DNA of 51,921 nucleotides from Cryomorphaceae bacterium (GCA_022565745.1 JAIUMB010000001.1:1-51921), one strand, 5' to 3'; counted from the first letter of the stretch, positions 1-8,212 are shown. Numbers and translations: made by a program. Notes: a model not told the origin generated them from the letters alone.

Positions 1-385
1 AGTTGCCATTTTCGTCTAAACTGCGCGTGGCAAAGTGCCCGTTCATTTGACGTCCACCTGAAGCAGGTTCTTTAGACAAGTCGGTATTGGCGTATAAACT
101 GGCAAAAAACTCTTTGGTGGTCAACTGCCCGATGGCCATCATAAAGGTTTGATCGCGGTAGTAACCGGAGCGGAAGTCGCCATTTTTAAAGGCCTTGGCC
201 CAGGCGATTTGCGCGACCTCTTTTCCGTCGCCGAAGATGCCGAACTTGGCCTTTCCGGTCAATACTTCACGTCGGCCAATCAAACTGGCTTCGCGGCTCT
301 CAACGGCGAGCCTAAAGTCGTTGATAATGTCGTTTTTATAGGTGGTTTCTATATTGGTCATGTCGGTTGCTGTAGCGTCACTCAT
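1..385 (-). CDS. TPP-dependent 2-oxoacid dehydrogenase E1 component (fused alpha/beta type). Only the N-terminal ~128 codons are present; the gene runs off the left edge.
   Basis: Absent from the ORF track because there is no stop in the window. Hand translation of the minus strand from ATG 385..383 gives [94 protein letters not shown]...[14 protein letters not shown], open to position 1. From memory this resembles N-termini of Bacteroidota E1 dehydrogenases. The + ORFs 149..508 and 342..575 are shadow frames. Confidence 0.55.
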   Translation of the reverse strand, partial: MSDATATDMTNIETTYKNDIINDFRLAVESREASLIGRREVLTGKAKFGIFGDGKEVAQIAWAKAFKNGDFRSGYYRDQTFMMAIGQLTTKEFFASLYANTDLSKEPASGGRQMNGHFATRSLDENGN

Positions 386-470
386 AAGAATTTGTCTCAA
401 GTCGTTTATAGTTGGCAAAAATACGGTACAATGGGGGAGGGTGCAAAGAGGAAAAGCAGTCTTAGAAAAG

Positions 471-1106
471 TTACTTCATCAGGGACTTTCTTCCAATATT
501 TCGGGTGATATAGTCTACCTCAAGCGACCATCCTCTTGCCGGACTGTATTCGCGGCCATAAAAAATAATTTGTAAATGGAGGTCGTTCCATTTTTCCTTG
601 GGGAATAATCGTTTGGCATCACGTTCGGTTTGCACCACTGATTTACCGTTGGAAAATCCCCAGCGATACATGAGTCGGTGGATGTGCGTATCCACCGGGA
701 ATGCAGGAACACCAAAGGCTTGACTCATCACTACAGAAGCGGTTTTGTGGCCAACGGCAGGTAGTGCTTCAAGTGCCTCCATATCTGCGGGGACTTGTCC
801 ATCGTACTTCTCAAGAAGAATACGGGTGAGGTGATAAATACCCTTCGATTTCATAGGCGTTAATCCGCAAGGTCGAATGATATCGGCAATTTCTTCCAAT
901 GTTAATTTTTCCATTTGCTCTGGCGTGCGGGCTTTGGCAAACAGCAGTGGTGTTATTTTATTCACGCGTTCATCGGTGCATTGGGCCGAAAGCAAAACTG
1001 CAATCAGTAGCGTGTATGGGTCGGTGTGATGCAGTGGAATGGGTGTATTGGGGTATAGGGTACCCAATTCTTTGATGACGTAATCAACCTTTTCTTTTTT
1101 TGTCAT
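471..1106 (-). CDS. nth: Endonuclease III (HhH-GPD DNA glycosylase/AP lyase), a variant without Fe-S cluster cysteines
   Basis: 211 aa. HhH-GPD core [31 protein letters not shown] contains the catalytic Lys and Asp equivalents of E. coli Nth. N-terminus [20 protein letters not shown] is typical of the family. Confidence 0.85.
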   Translation of the reverse strand: MTKKEKVDYVIKELGTLYPNTPIPLHHTDPYTLLIAVLLSAQCTDERVNKITPLLFAKARTPEQMEKLTLEEIADIIRPCGLTPMKSKGIYHLTRILLEKYDGQVPADMEALEALPAVGHKTASVVMSQAFGVPAFPVDTHIHRLMYRWGFSNGKSVVQTERDAKRLFPKEKWNDLHLQIIFYGREYSPARGWSLEVDYITRNIGRKSLMK

Positions 1107-1118
1107 GCCGACGTGATT

Positions 1119-2465
1119 TTATGGGATTTTGACCAAGGTGCTACCTCCGGTGTTCACTGAAAATGATATTTCTCGATTAAAATGAATGCTTTTTGATGCC
1201 ACGGATCGGTAAACCAAGCGATATTCTCCCGGTTGCATGGCGATAACTTGACGTGTGTTGCTACCGTTAAAGGTGTAGATGTTTACCCATTCATTGTCTT
1301 TTTTATGCAAAATATGTCCGTAAAATGACGCATTGGCTTGAAAGGTCACCGTACCCGGGCCGGGTATTTTTATCTCTGCCGATTGTCCGGCCTTTACTTC
1401 AACCGTTTGTGTAATTGGTGGCAATGTGAGAATTTCTAGTTCATACACACCGCTGAGGTAGCGATGTTTTCCAGGGATAGGTTGATTATTGACAATTGTC
1501 TTTTTGTCTTGCTCTCTAACTATGGCGCGCAAGTCGGTATATGCACCCTCTGGTTTGATGTTTAGAGATAAGTCACCTTGAGGCAGGGAGACACCAATAT
1601 GGGAGTGTTTACCGGGATTGATTTGTACGTGTTCGCGGGTAACTGGTGGCGTGCTGTGAATGGTTACGCGATAAACAGGCCCCGGGTCAATCATGATGGT
1701 ATCCGGACGGTTCATGCGGTTTAGTGTGTGTATAAAGTGATAGGCTGGTTTTCCTGAGAACTGCTCAGCAATACTCACAGCTACGTTGGTTTCACTGGCG
1801 TTTCCGAGGTGGTCGAGCAGGTCTACTTGCGCGGAAGTAGGGAGTAGTGCGTAGCGAACAGCCAAGTGCATTTCGCGTGACAATTGTGCTGGTGATTCCG
1901 CATTAACGGTACGTCCTACACAATTCAGCGATGCAATATCGTCAACTTCCATACCCATACCAATAATGTAGGGTCTGATGGCTATGCCTTTTTCTTGCAG
2001 CATTCGCGAGGCTTTGCACGGATCGCCATCGCATTCTTCTTTGCCATCGGTAAGTAGAATAATGCTGTTTCTACCATTGCTGTTATCGGGGAAATCTTGT
2101 GCTGCGGTTTCCAAACTATGGGCAATGGGCGTGGTTCCTTTGGCACGCAATCCCTTAATTTTATTGCGCATATGGCGGTAAGAATTGGCGTGAAAGGCCA
2201 CTTCAAGTTTGGTGTCGTCGCAGTACTGAGGTGGGAAGTTGCGCTGGTGACCATAAACACGCAACGCCACTTCGGGTGGATTCGCAGATTGCTCAAGTGA
2301 ATCGAGTAGTTTACTGAGTGTTTCTCGTGCTACATCCCAACGCGTGGTGTTTTCCCAGCGTGCATTCATAGAGTTTGATGCGTCGAGAATAAAGAGGATG
2401 CGGTTTTGGGCGAAAGTTTCCGCCATTGTAAACAGCACAAAAAAAGCGATAAGTACTTGACGCAT
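1119..2465 (-). CDS. Secreted von Willebrand factor A (VWA) domain protein with a C-terminal beta-rich region
   Basis: 448 aa. Signal peptide MRQVLIAFFVLFTMAETFAQ. MIDAS motif DASNSM (DxSxS), followed by TPIAHSL and LLTDGKE. Sits 12 nt downstream of nth. Confidence 0.75.
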   Translation of the reverse strand: MRQVLIAFFVLFTMAETFAQNRILFILDASNSMNARWENTTRWDVARETLSKLLDSLEQSANPPEVALRVYGHQRNFPPQYCDDTKLEVAFHANSYRHMRNKIKGLRAKGTTPIAHSLETAAQDFPDNSNGRNSIILLTDGKEECDGDPCKASRMLQEKGIAIRPYIIGMGMEVDDIASLNCVGRTVNAESPAQLSREMHLAVRYALLPTSAQVDLLDHLGNASETNVAVSIAEQFSGKPAYHFIHTLNRMNRPDTIMIDPGPVYRVTIHSTPPVTREHVQINPGKHSHIGVSLPQGDLSLNIKPEGAYTDLRAIVREQDKKTIVNNQPIPGKHRYLSGVYELEILTLPPITQTVEVKAGQSAEIKIPGPGTVTFQANASFYGHILHKKDNEWVNIYTFNGSNTRQVIAMQPGEYRLVYRSVASKSIHFNREISFSVNTGGSTLVKIP

Positions 2466-2575
2466 AATTATGTTATATATCTAAAAGCCAAGGAGGCAAC
2501 AACTAGGGTTATTCTATACGGTTAGCTGGACAAAAGTAAGGCCAAAAAAAGGCGGTAAAAAAATAAAAAAAGTAC

Positions 2576-2605
2576 TTGTAAGTTCGACAAACGTGTCTAT
2601 TTTTG
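2576..2605 (+). promoter_or_regulatory. Bacteroidota sigma-A type promoter for the tRNA-Ser/tRNA-Pro unit
   Basis: TTG (2576..2578), exactly 19 nt of spacer, then TATTTTTG (2598..2605). This is an exact fit to TTG-N19-TAnnTTTG, about 30 nt upstream of tRNA-Ser. Confidence 0.6.
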
Positions 2606-2636
2606 CCGTCCGAAAAACGAGTAAACGTTCTCGATT

Positions 2637-2723
2637 GGTGAGATGGGTGAGTGGCTTAAACCAGCAGTTTGCTAAACTGCCGTACGGTAACACGTACCGG
2701 GGGTTCGAATCCCCCTCTCACCG
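2637..2723 (+). tRNA. tRNA-Ser (anticodon GCT), class II with a long variable arm
   Basis: Acceptor stem GGTGAGA/TCTCACC. Anticodon stem-loop GCAGT-TTGCTAA-ACTGC. Variable arm GTACG..CGTAC. T arm GGGGG-TTCGAAT-CCCCC. Discriminator G. No encoded CCA. Confidence 0.9.
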
Positions 2724-2744
2724 CTGAGGTTTATTTGAAATAAT
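2709..2744 (+). repeat. Direct repeat copy 1 (tRNA-Ser 3' end plus its 3' flank)
   Basis: ATCCCCCTCTCACCGCTGAGG-TTTATTTGAAATAA. It recurs at 2825..2864, with the first 21 nt identical and the flank nearly identical. Confidence 0.85.
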
Positions 2745-2754
2745 ATGCCTATTA

Positions 2755-2839
2755 GGGTGAGAGGGGGATGAGAACCCGGGGTTCGAACCGTAACGCAGTG
2801 GAGCTCATCGACTGAAAGGAGATAATCCCCCTCTCACCG
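2755..2839 (+). other. tRNA-Ser-derived minihelix-like hairpin or degenerate tRNA fragment
   Basis: GGTGAGAGGGGGAT (2756..2769) pairs perfectly over 14 bp with ATCCCCCTCTCACC (2825..2838). This is the acceptor 5' strand joined directly to the T-stem 5' strand, pairing with the contiguous T-stem and acceptor 3' strand. The 55-nt loop contains a second T-loop-like CCCGGGGTTCGAACCG. There is no cloverleaf, so it is not a functional canonical tRNA. Confidence 0.5.
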
Positions 2840-2864
2840 CTGAGGATTTGTTATTTGAAATAAA
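2825..2864 (+). repeat. Direct repeat copy 2 (duplicate of the tRNA-Ser 3' end plus flank)
   Basis: ATCCCCCTCTCACCGCTGAGG-ATTTGTTATTTGAAATAA. Compare with 2709..2744. Confidence 0.85.
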
Positions 2865-2899
2865 TCCCCCATTTATATAATACACACCACATTGGTTTT

Positions 2900-2972
2900 C
2901 GGGGTGTGGCGCAGTTGGTAGCGCACCTGGTTTGGGACCAGGGGGCCGCTGGTTCGAGTCCAGTCACCCCGA
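2900..2972 (+). tRNA. tRNA-Pro (anticodon TGG)
   Basis: Acceptor stem CGGGGTG/CACCCCG. D arm GCGCAGTTGGTAGCGC. Anticodon stem-loop CCTGG-TTTGGGA-CCAGG. T arm GCTGG-TTCGAGT-CCAGT. Discriminator A. Confidence 0.9.
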
Positions 2973-2980
2973 CTATAAAA

Positions 2981-3016
2981 AGGTCAAACAGCTTTATGTT
3001 GTTTGGCCTTTTTTTG
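2981..3016 (+). terminator. Rho-independent terminator after tRNA-Pro
   Basis: 10-bp stem AGGTCAAACA/TGTTTGGCCT (one G-U pair) followed by a T run at 3009..3016. Confidence 0.7.
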
Positions 3017-3020
3017 TTTT

Positions 3021-3057
3021 AAAAAAAACGTCGCCTCTTTCGAGACGACGCTTTTTT
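3021..3057. terminator. Bidirectional hairpin terminator, serving the minus-strand gene 3094..4785
   Basis: A8, then CGTCGCCTC-TTTC-GAGACGACG (8 of 9 bp), then T6. Read on the minus strand, the hairpin is followed by T8. Confidence 0.65.
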
Positions 3058-3093
3058 CAACCCTAAACTATATTGTTCTCTAAAAAAACGAAA

Positions 3094-4785
3094 TTAATTT
3101 TTGATAATAAAACGGTTGGTTGAAACCTTACCATTTTCATTTAAACGAATGAAGTATGAGCCTGAAGGAAGCTGGTCAACAGGAAGCTCTAGATTGCCGC
3201 CTTGGAACGCAGGCTCATATATTTGATTGACAGTTCTGCCATTAATGTCAATCAAATCCGCATAGATGGTTGCACCAGCTTCTAATCCATTGATAAATAG
3301 TATATCGCTTGCTGGATTGGGATAGAGAGAAATGTCTGTTGAACCATTGTTAAACGTTTCATTGTTTAGTCTGGTAATCAACGGAAGCGTAATAACTGTC
3401 CCATCAGCCAGTGCTGCTTTTAAGAAAAACGGTGCATTAGGATTAGAGGTGTCGTCAACAAAACCTGAAGCAAAAAGAACAATGGCTTCACCTTCTAAAC
3501 CTGCAGACAGAAGAGGCGCTTCAAACACAGCAACCACCGTCTGATCGGTTAATTGCACTTCTAATTCATAATCGTCAGTCGTTAATGGCAAGTATCCATC
3601 AAAGTCACCATAGGAAATACCAGTTATCAAACCAGTTACAGGAACTGTTCGTTCATCTACATTTACTGTAGGGGCGTCTGTAGAACCGTGAAAAACCAAC
3701 ACATCGGTTTCATTGGGGTCATTTCCTACTTCTTGTGCACCTGCATAAATAAATAAATCAAACGGTTCAAATGGCGTCAAAGAATTATCTAACAGACCGG
3801 CGGCAACCACCACATAAGTTTCATTTTCGTCTAAGGTGAGGTTTGTTCTGAAGGAAGAACCCGTTGTATCGCTTGAATTTGCAGCTGTTACGCTAATAAT
3901 GATGTTTTGTTCAGCTTGAACATCAACAAATGGTGTTGCGTCTCCATAAGCAAAATTGGGAACAATTTTCACTGTATCAACCCAGATGTCTACTTCATCG
4001 GCAAGTGGGTCGGCACTGTTGTGAATGATTTGCACACGCGCAAAACGCTGAGTTGTTTCTGGTAACTGAACCACATCGCCATTGGCCAAGGCCGCAAACA
4101 AACCAAAGCCGGGACCGGGGTTAGAAGGATCAGCAAAGCCACTGGCAAAAACAACAATGGCGCTATCGGTAAGTCCGAGCGTATTCAATGGCGCAGAGTA
4201 ACTGCCTACCAATGAACTGTCACTAACCAATCTGACATCAAGTTCGTAATCCAATGGCACGAAATCGGCGTAATCGGGAATAAAATCAGGGAAAGCAATG
4301 CTGGGCACCAAGTTACCGGCAGGTACAGATGTTTCGTTGACCAATACTGCGGGAGCATCTGGTGAACCGTGCTGAATGAGAACATCAACGTCTCCGCTTG
4401 AAGCGGCAACTTCACGTGCGCCGGTGAAAATTTCCAATGAAAAAGTTGGAAGCGTAGGATAAGTGGTTGCATCTACCACACCAGAAGCAACTACAACGTA
4501 GGTTTCATTGGCTGCAAGCGTTACACTTGTTGAAAAGACAGCATTCGCAGTATCTGTTTCTCCTTTAGGTAAAATAGAAATAACCAAAGGTGTACCTGCA
4601 GGAGCATCAACGAAAGGCGTAGCATTACGGAATGCCAAATCAGGAACAAACGGGGCTCCATTCACATAAACATTGACAGTGTCAGCTGCCGGATCAGGTG
4701 AGTTGTGTATGGCTTGTAATCTTGCTGTTTGAGAAAACGCAGAAAAAGAAACCACACTCAACAGAATAAAAAGTAATTGTCTCAT
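3094..4785 (-). CDS. Secreted T9SS cargo protein: two tandem DUF4397-like domains plus a Por/T9SS C-terminal sorting domain
   Basis: 563 aa. Signal peptide ends SAFSQ. Internal duplication: ARLQAIHNSPDPAADTVNVYVNG...ATPFVDAP versus ARVQIIHNSADPLADEVDIWVDT...ATPFVDVQ. The last ~79 aa (ISLYPNPASDILFING...GSYFIRLNENGKVSTNRFIIKN) match the T9SS CTD pattern. Confidence 0.75.
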   Translation of the reverse strand: MRQLLFILLSVVSFSAFSQTARLQAIHNSPDPAADTVNVYVNGAPFVPDLAFRNATPFVDAPAGTPLVISILPKGETDTANAVFSTSVTLAANETYVVVASGVVDATTYPTLPTFSLEIFTGAREVAASSGDVDVLIQHGSPDAPAVLVNETSVPAGNLVPSIAFPDFIPDYADFVPLDYELDVRLVSDSSLVGSYSAPLNTLGLTDSAIVVFASGFADPSNPGPGFGLFAALANGDVVQLPETTQRFARVQIIHNSADPLADEVDIWVDTVKIVPNFAYGDATPFVDVQAEQNIIISVTAANSSDTTGSSFRTNLTLDENETYVVVAAGLLDNSLTPFEPFDLFIYAGAQEVGNDPNETDVLVFHGSTDAPTVNVDERTVPVTGLITGISYGDFDGYLPLTTDDYELEVQLTDQTVVAVFEAPLLSAGLEGEAIVLFASGFVDDTSNPNAPFFLKAALADGTVITLPLITRLNNETFNNGSTDISLYPNPASDILFINGLEAGATIYADLIDINGRTVNQIYEPAFQGGNLELPVDQLPSGSYFIRLNENGKVSTNRFIIKN

Positions 4786-5099
4786 AAATAGAAGTGGTGT
4801 TAAGTTATTAATGGCTATTTAACTGTAAATCGCATTTATTGGTTTTTTGTTTTTGTAGGAATTAGTATAATATTATGAAATTAAAACTGAGCGTAACACC
4901 TGCCACGAAGCTTTTGTTTGTGTGGTCAATTAATGAATATTAATAAATTTTAGAGGTTGTGATTTTTTTAATATTTTTTTGGCTATGATGAATTAGTAAG
5001 TGCTTTGATTTGGTGATGCTCATTTTAACATGTTCGGTCATCCAATTCATGTTTTGTCAAACATTCGTAATGACATTTAATATTATCTTCCTTTATCCT

Positions 5100-5107
5100 T
5101 ACTTTTG
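5100..5107 (+). promoter_or_regulatory. -7 promoter box (TACTTTTG) abutting the miaE start codon
   Basis: TACTTTTG ends 5 nt before ATG 5113. I found no clean -33 TTG. Confidence 0.4.
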
Positions 5108-5112
5108 CGCGC

Positions 5113-5694
5113 ATGCTAGGATTGAAATTACCCACAGATCCGCGATGGGTAAACATTGCGGAAAAGAACATTGAGGAAATACTGACTGATCACGCTTTTT
5201 GTGAACAAAAGGCTGCGTCGACAGCAATTTCACTTATAGTAACGTACCCCGAAAAACACGACTTGGTTCGTGAAATGTCGGCATTGGCACGTGAGGAGAT
5301 GTCTCACTTTGAAATGGTGTTCAAAAAAATTGAAGCACGTGGCTATACTTTGGGCAGAGAGCGCAAGGATGAATACGTTAATCGGTTACAAACATTTTTC
5401 CCTAAAACTAAAGACCGAGACAAGCGATTAATTCACCGTTTATTAATTGCTGCATTGATTGAAGCCCGTTCTTGTGAGCGATTTAAGGTGATTTCCGATC
5501 ACATAAAAGATGAAGAGCTCTCGGACTTCTATCGTAAACTAATGATCAGCGAGGCCAATCATTACACCTTGTTCATTAAACTTGCACGTCAGTATGGCGA
5601 TAGGGAAGAGGTGGACAAAAAGTGGCAGACATTGCTAAATTTTGAAGCTGAAGTTATCAGCGATTTTGGAAAAAAAGAACACATTCACGGATAA
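5113..5694 (+). CDS. miaE: tRNA-(ms2io6A37) hydroxylase MiaE (non-heme diiron)
   Basis: 193 aa. LKLPTDPRWVNIAEKNIEEILTDHAFCEQKAA, EEMSHFE, LIEARSCERF and SEANHY match the MiaE diiron helix-bundle pattern. Confidence 0.8.
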   Translation: MLGLKLPTDPRWVNIAEKNIEEILTDHAFCEQKAASTAISLIVTYPEKHDLVREMSALAREEMSHFEMVFKKIEARGYTLGRERKDEYVNRLQTFFPKTKDRDKRLIHRLLIAALIEARSCERFKVISDHIKDEELSDFYRKLMISEANHYTLFIKLARQYGDREEVDKKWQTLLNFEAEVISDFGKKEHIHG

Positions 5695-5717
5695 TAAAAG
5701 CCTTATAGGCAAAACTA

Positions 5718-6800
5718 ATGACAATGAAAAGAACCGTATTAACACACATTCACGAAAACATGGGCGCCAAGATGGTTCCCTTTGCAGGATACTTGATGCC
5801 TGTTCAATACTCTGGATTGGTCAATGAGCACCACGCGGTAAGAGATGCTGCTGGTTTATTTGACGTATCACACATGGGCGAGTTTTTTGTCAAAGGACCG
5901 GAAGCTGAGCAATTGGTGCAATATGTTACTTCCAACGATGTGTCAAAACTGACCATTGGAAAAATTCAATATTCCTGTTTGCCCAATGAGCAAGGTGGAA
6001 TCGTCGACGACTTACTGGTGTATAAACTTAATCACGATGAGTTTATGTTGGTTGTCAACGCCTCAAATTTAGATAAAGATTTCCAATGGATCAGTAAGCA
6101 CAACCGCTTTGATTGTACGCTGAAAGACCACTCTGAAAACATGTCCTTATTGGCATTACAAGGCCCAAAGGCCAAAGAGATCTTGTCTAAACTCACCAAT
6201 GCTAATTTAGAAGATATTCCATATTACAACTTTCAATTGGGAGAGGTAGCCGGCATTCAAAACGTGATCATTTCCAATACAGGTTATACAGGCGCCGGAG
6301 GCTTTGAATTATATATTGCCAACGAAAGTGCTGAGTTACTCTGGAAAGCACTGTTAAGCGCTGGCGAAGATTTTGGTTTACATCCTGCAGGTTTGGGCGC
6401 TAGGGATACCCTTCGTTTGGAAAAGGCATTTTGTTTGTATGGCAATGACATTAATGACGAGACCTCACCTCTAGAGGCCGGTCTTGGCTGGATTACCAAG
6501 CTCAATACAGAGTTTGTTGGTAAAGAGGCTATCACAGCATTGAAAGAAGCTGGTATTGAGCGTCGCTTGGTAGGTTTTGAAATGATTGACCGCGGTATTC
6601 CTCGTCAAGATTACCCCATTTTAAATGCCGAAGGTGAGGAGATTGGAAAGGTAACCAGCGGAACCCAATCCCCTTCACTTAACAAAGCCATTGGTTTAGG
6701 ATATGTTCAGGTTGATTACAAAACACCCGACACAGAGATTTACATTCAGGTACGTAAAAAGCAACTCAAAGCAAGGGTGGTAAAAACACCGTTCCTATAG
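5718..6800 (+). CDS. gcvT: Glycine cleavage system aminomethyltransferase (T protein)
   Basis: 360 aa. GAKMVPFAGYLMPVQYSG...HHAVRDAAGLFDVSHMGEF is the classic GcvT N-terminus. The start could equally be ATG 5724. Confidence 0.9.
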   Translation: MTMKRTVLTHIHENMGAKMVPFAGYLMPVQYSGLVNEHHAVRDAAGLFDVSHMGEFFVKGPEAEQLVQYVTSNDVSKLTIGKIQYSCLPNEQGGIVDDLLVYKLNHDEFMLVVNASNLDKDFQWISKHNRFDCTLKDHSENMSLLALQGPKAKEILSKLTNANLEDIPYYNFQLGEVAGIQNVIISNTGYTGAGGFELYIANESAELLWKALLSAGEDFGLHPAGLGARDTLRLEKAFCLYGNDINDETSPLEAGLGWITKLNTEFVGKEAITALKEAGIERRLVGFEMIDRGIPRQDYPILNAEGEEIGKVTSGTQSPSLNKAIGLGYVQVDYKTPDTEIYIQVRKKQLKARVVKTPFL

Positions 6801-6855
6801 TGCTCTGAATAAGCAAGCCGTCATATTTGCCCTCGTCTCCGTTGTTGCCTTTGCA

Positions 6856-7644
6856 ATGATGAATGTGAGCGTGAAATTCCTGCCACATATTTCGTTTGTG
6901 GAATTGGTCTGGTTTCGCTCTATCATCTCTATGGCCATCACCATAACATATCTGCGTAGCATTAAGGTTTCGGTATGGGGCTCTGGTAACCACAAGCGGT
7001 TATTGTACTTACGAGGTGTTTTTGGGGTAACGGCCCTGAGTTTGTTTTTTTATACCCTACAGCGACTTCCTCTGGCTACTGCCATTACATTGCAGTATTT
7101 ATCGCCCATATTTACAGCGCTTTTTGCTGTGTTGTTTTTAGGCGAACGCGTTCGACGGATACAATGGTTTTTTTTCGCCATTGCTTTTGCGGGAATACTG
7201 GTGTTGCGCGGCAGTGCTGATGGCATTACTTGGGGGATTTTTTTTGCAGGGGTAGGGTCAGCGGCGCTGGCGGGTGCTGCTTATACAGTAATAAGCAAGT
7301 TGAAAAACCGCGAACACCCCGTGGTTGTGGTGTTCTACTTTCCGCTTATTGCCATTCCTGTCATGAGTATATTCTTGCCGGGTGTTTGGGTCACTCCACA
7401 AGGCATAGATTGGTTTTTTATACTGCTAATGGGTATATCTACGCAGTTTGGACAAGTCTATCTCACCAAAGCTTATCAAGCAGAGGATGCCAGTAAAATT
7501 GCCATTTTTAAATATTTGGGCGTGTTGTTTGGACTAGGATTCGACCTGGTTTTGTTTAAAATCACCCATTCGTACGGCGTTTTATTCGGAATATCTCTGG
7601 TGTTATTGGGGGTTGTTTTACAGGTTTTGCAAAAGAAACGATAA
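6856..7644 (+). CDS. EamA/DMT-family transporter (start uncertain)
   Basis: 262 aa from the first ATG, multi-TM, with two EamA-like halves. The frame is open upstream to 6784 and there encodes ..NKQAVIFALVSVVAFA, which looks like part of the first TM helix. Confidence 0.7.
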   Translation: MMNVSVKFLPHISFVELVWFRSIISMAITITYLRSIKVSVWGSGNHKRLLYLRGVFGVTALSLFFYTLQRLPLATAITLQYLSPIFTALFAVLFLGERVRRIQWFFFAIAFAGILVLRGSADGITWGIFFAGVGSAALAGAAYTVISKLKNREHPVVVVFYFPLIAIPVMSIFLPGVWVTPQGIDWFFILLMGISTQFGQVYLTKAYQAEDASKIAIFKYLGVLFGLGFDLVLFKITHSYGVLFGISLVLLGVVLQVLQKKR

Positions 7645-7647
7645 CAT

Positions 7648-7677
7648 TTGTGTGTAAAGGATTTTGTTGTAATTTTG
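7648..7677 (+). promoter_or_regulatory. Sigma-A type promoter of rplS
   Basis: TTG (7648..7650), 19 nt of spacer, then TAATTTTG (7670..7677). Exact consensus spacing. This implies a ~80-nt leader before ATG 7761. Confidence 0.6.
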
Positions 7678-7760
7678 CACCCTGTTTATCAGACGAATGA
7701 TCAACCACTGGCAAGGGTTGTGTATGTTGACATTCGGGAATTATTTTAAATCAGCTCGTC

Positions 7761-8111
7761 ATGGACAGCATCATTTCCTACGTACAAGATCAGTACATTG
7801 AGAAAAAAGAACTACCTGATTTTTCATCGGGAGACACCATTACTGTTTATTACCAAATTCGCGAAGGCGAAAAGGTGCGTACTCAGTTTTTTCGCGGCAT
7901 TGTATTGCAGCGTCGTGGTTCAGGAGCCACAGAAACTTTTACCATCCGCAAAATGAGTGGTAACGTTGGGGTAGAACGTATTTTCCCCATCAACTCACCA
8001 AGCATTGAGCGCATTGAAGTGAACAAACGTGGTAGTGTACGTCGTGCACGTATCTTCTATCAACGTGAACGCACAGGTAAATCTGCACGTATTCGCGAAA
8101 GACGCATTTAA
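7761..8111 (+). CDS. rplS: 50S ribosomal protein L19
   Basis: 116 aa. LPDFSSGDTITVYYQIREGEKVRTQFFRGIVLQRRGSG...FTIRK...GVERIFPINSP is the L19 signature. Confidence 0.95.
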   Translation: MDSIISYVQDQYIEKKELPDFSSGDTITVYYQIREGEKVRTQFFRGIVLQRRGSGATETFTIRKMSGNVGVERIFPINSPSIERIEVNKRGSVRRARIFYQRERTGKSARIRERRI

Positions 8112-8134
8112 GTTTTGCGTGACATTACTACAAA

Positions 8135-8167
8135 AGCCGATTGATTGAATTCAGTCGGCTTTTTTTT
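8135..8167 (+). terminator. Rho-independent terminator after rplS
   Basis: AGCCGA...TCGGCT hairpin followed by T7. Confidence 0.65.
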
Positions 8168-8212
8168 GTTTGGTATTTAGTTTTGAGAGTTATTAAACCA
8201 TCAACTAACAAC

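Noticed and set aside
149-575. + strand ORFs 149..508 and 342..575
   Set aside because: They overlap the minus-strand E1 dehydrogenase N-terminus (1..385) and nth. The minus-strand translations are recognisable and these are not.
5695-5717. A possible glycine riboswitch ahead of gcvT, and a preQ1 riboswitch ahead of queE (50159..50164)
   Set aside because: The intergenic spaces are only 23 nt and 6 nt, far too short for either aptamer.
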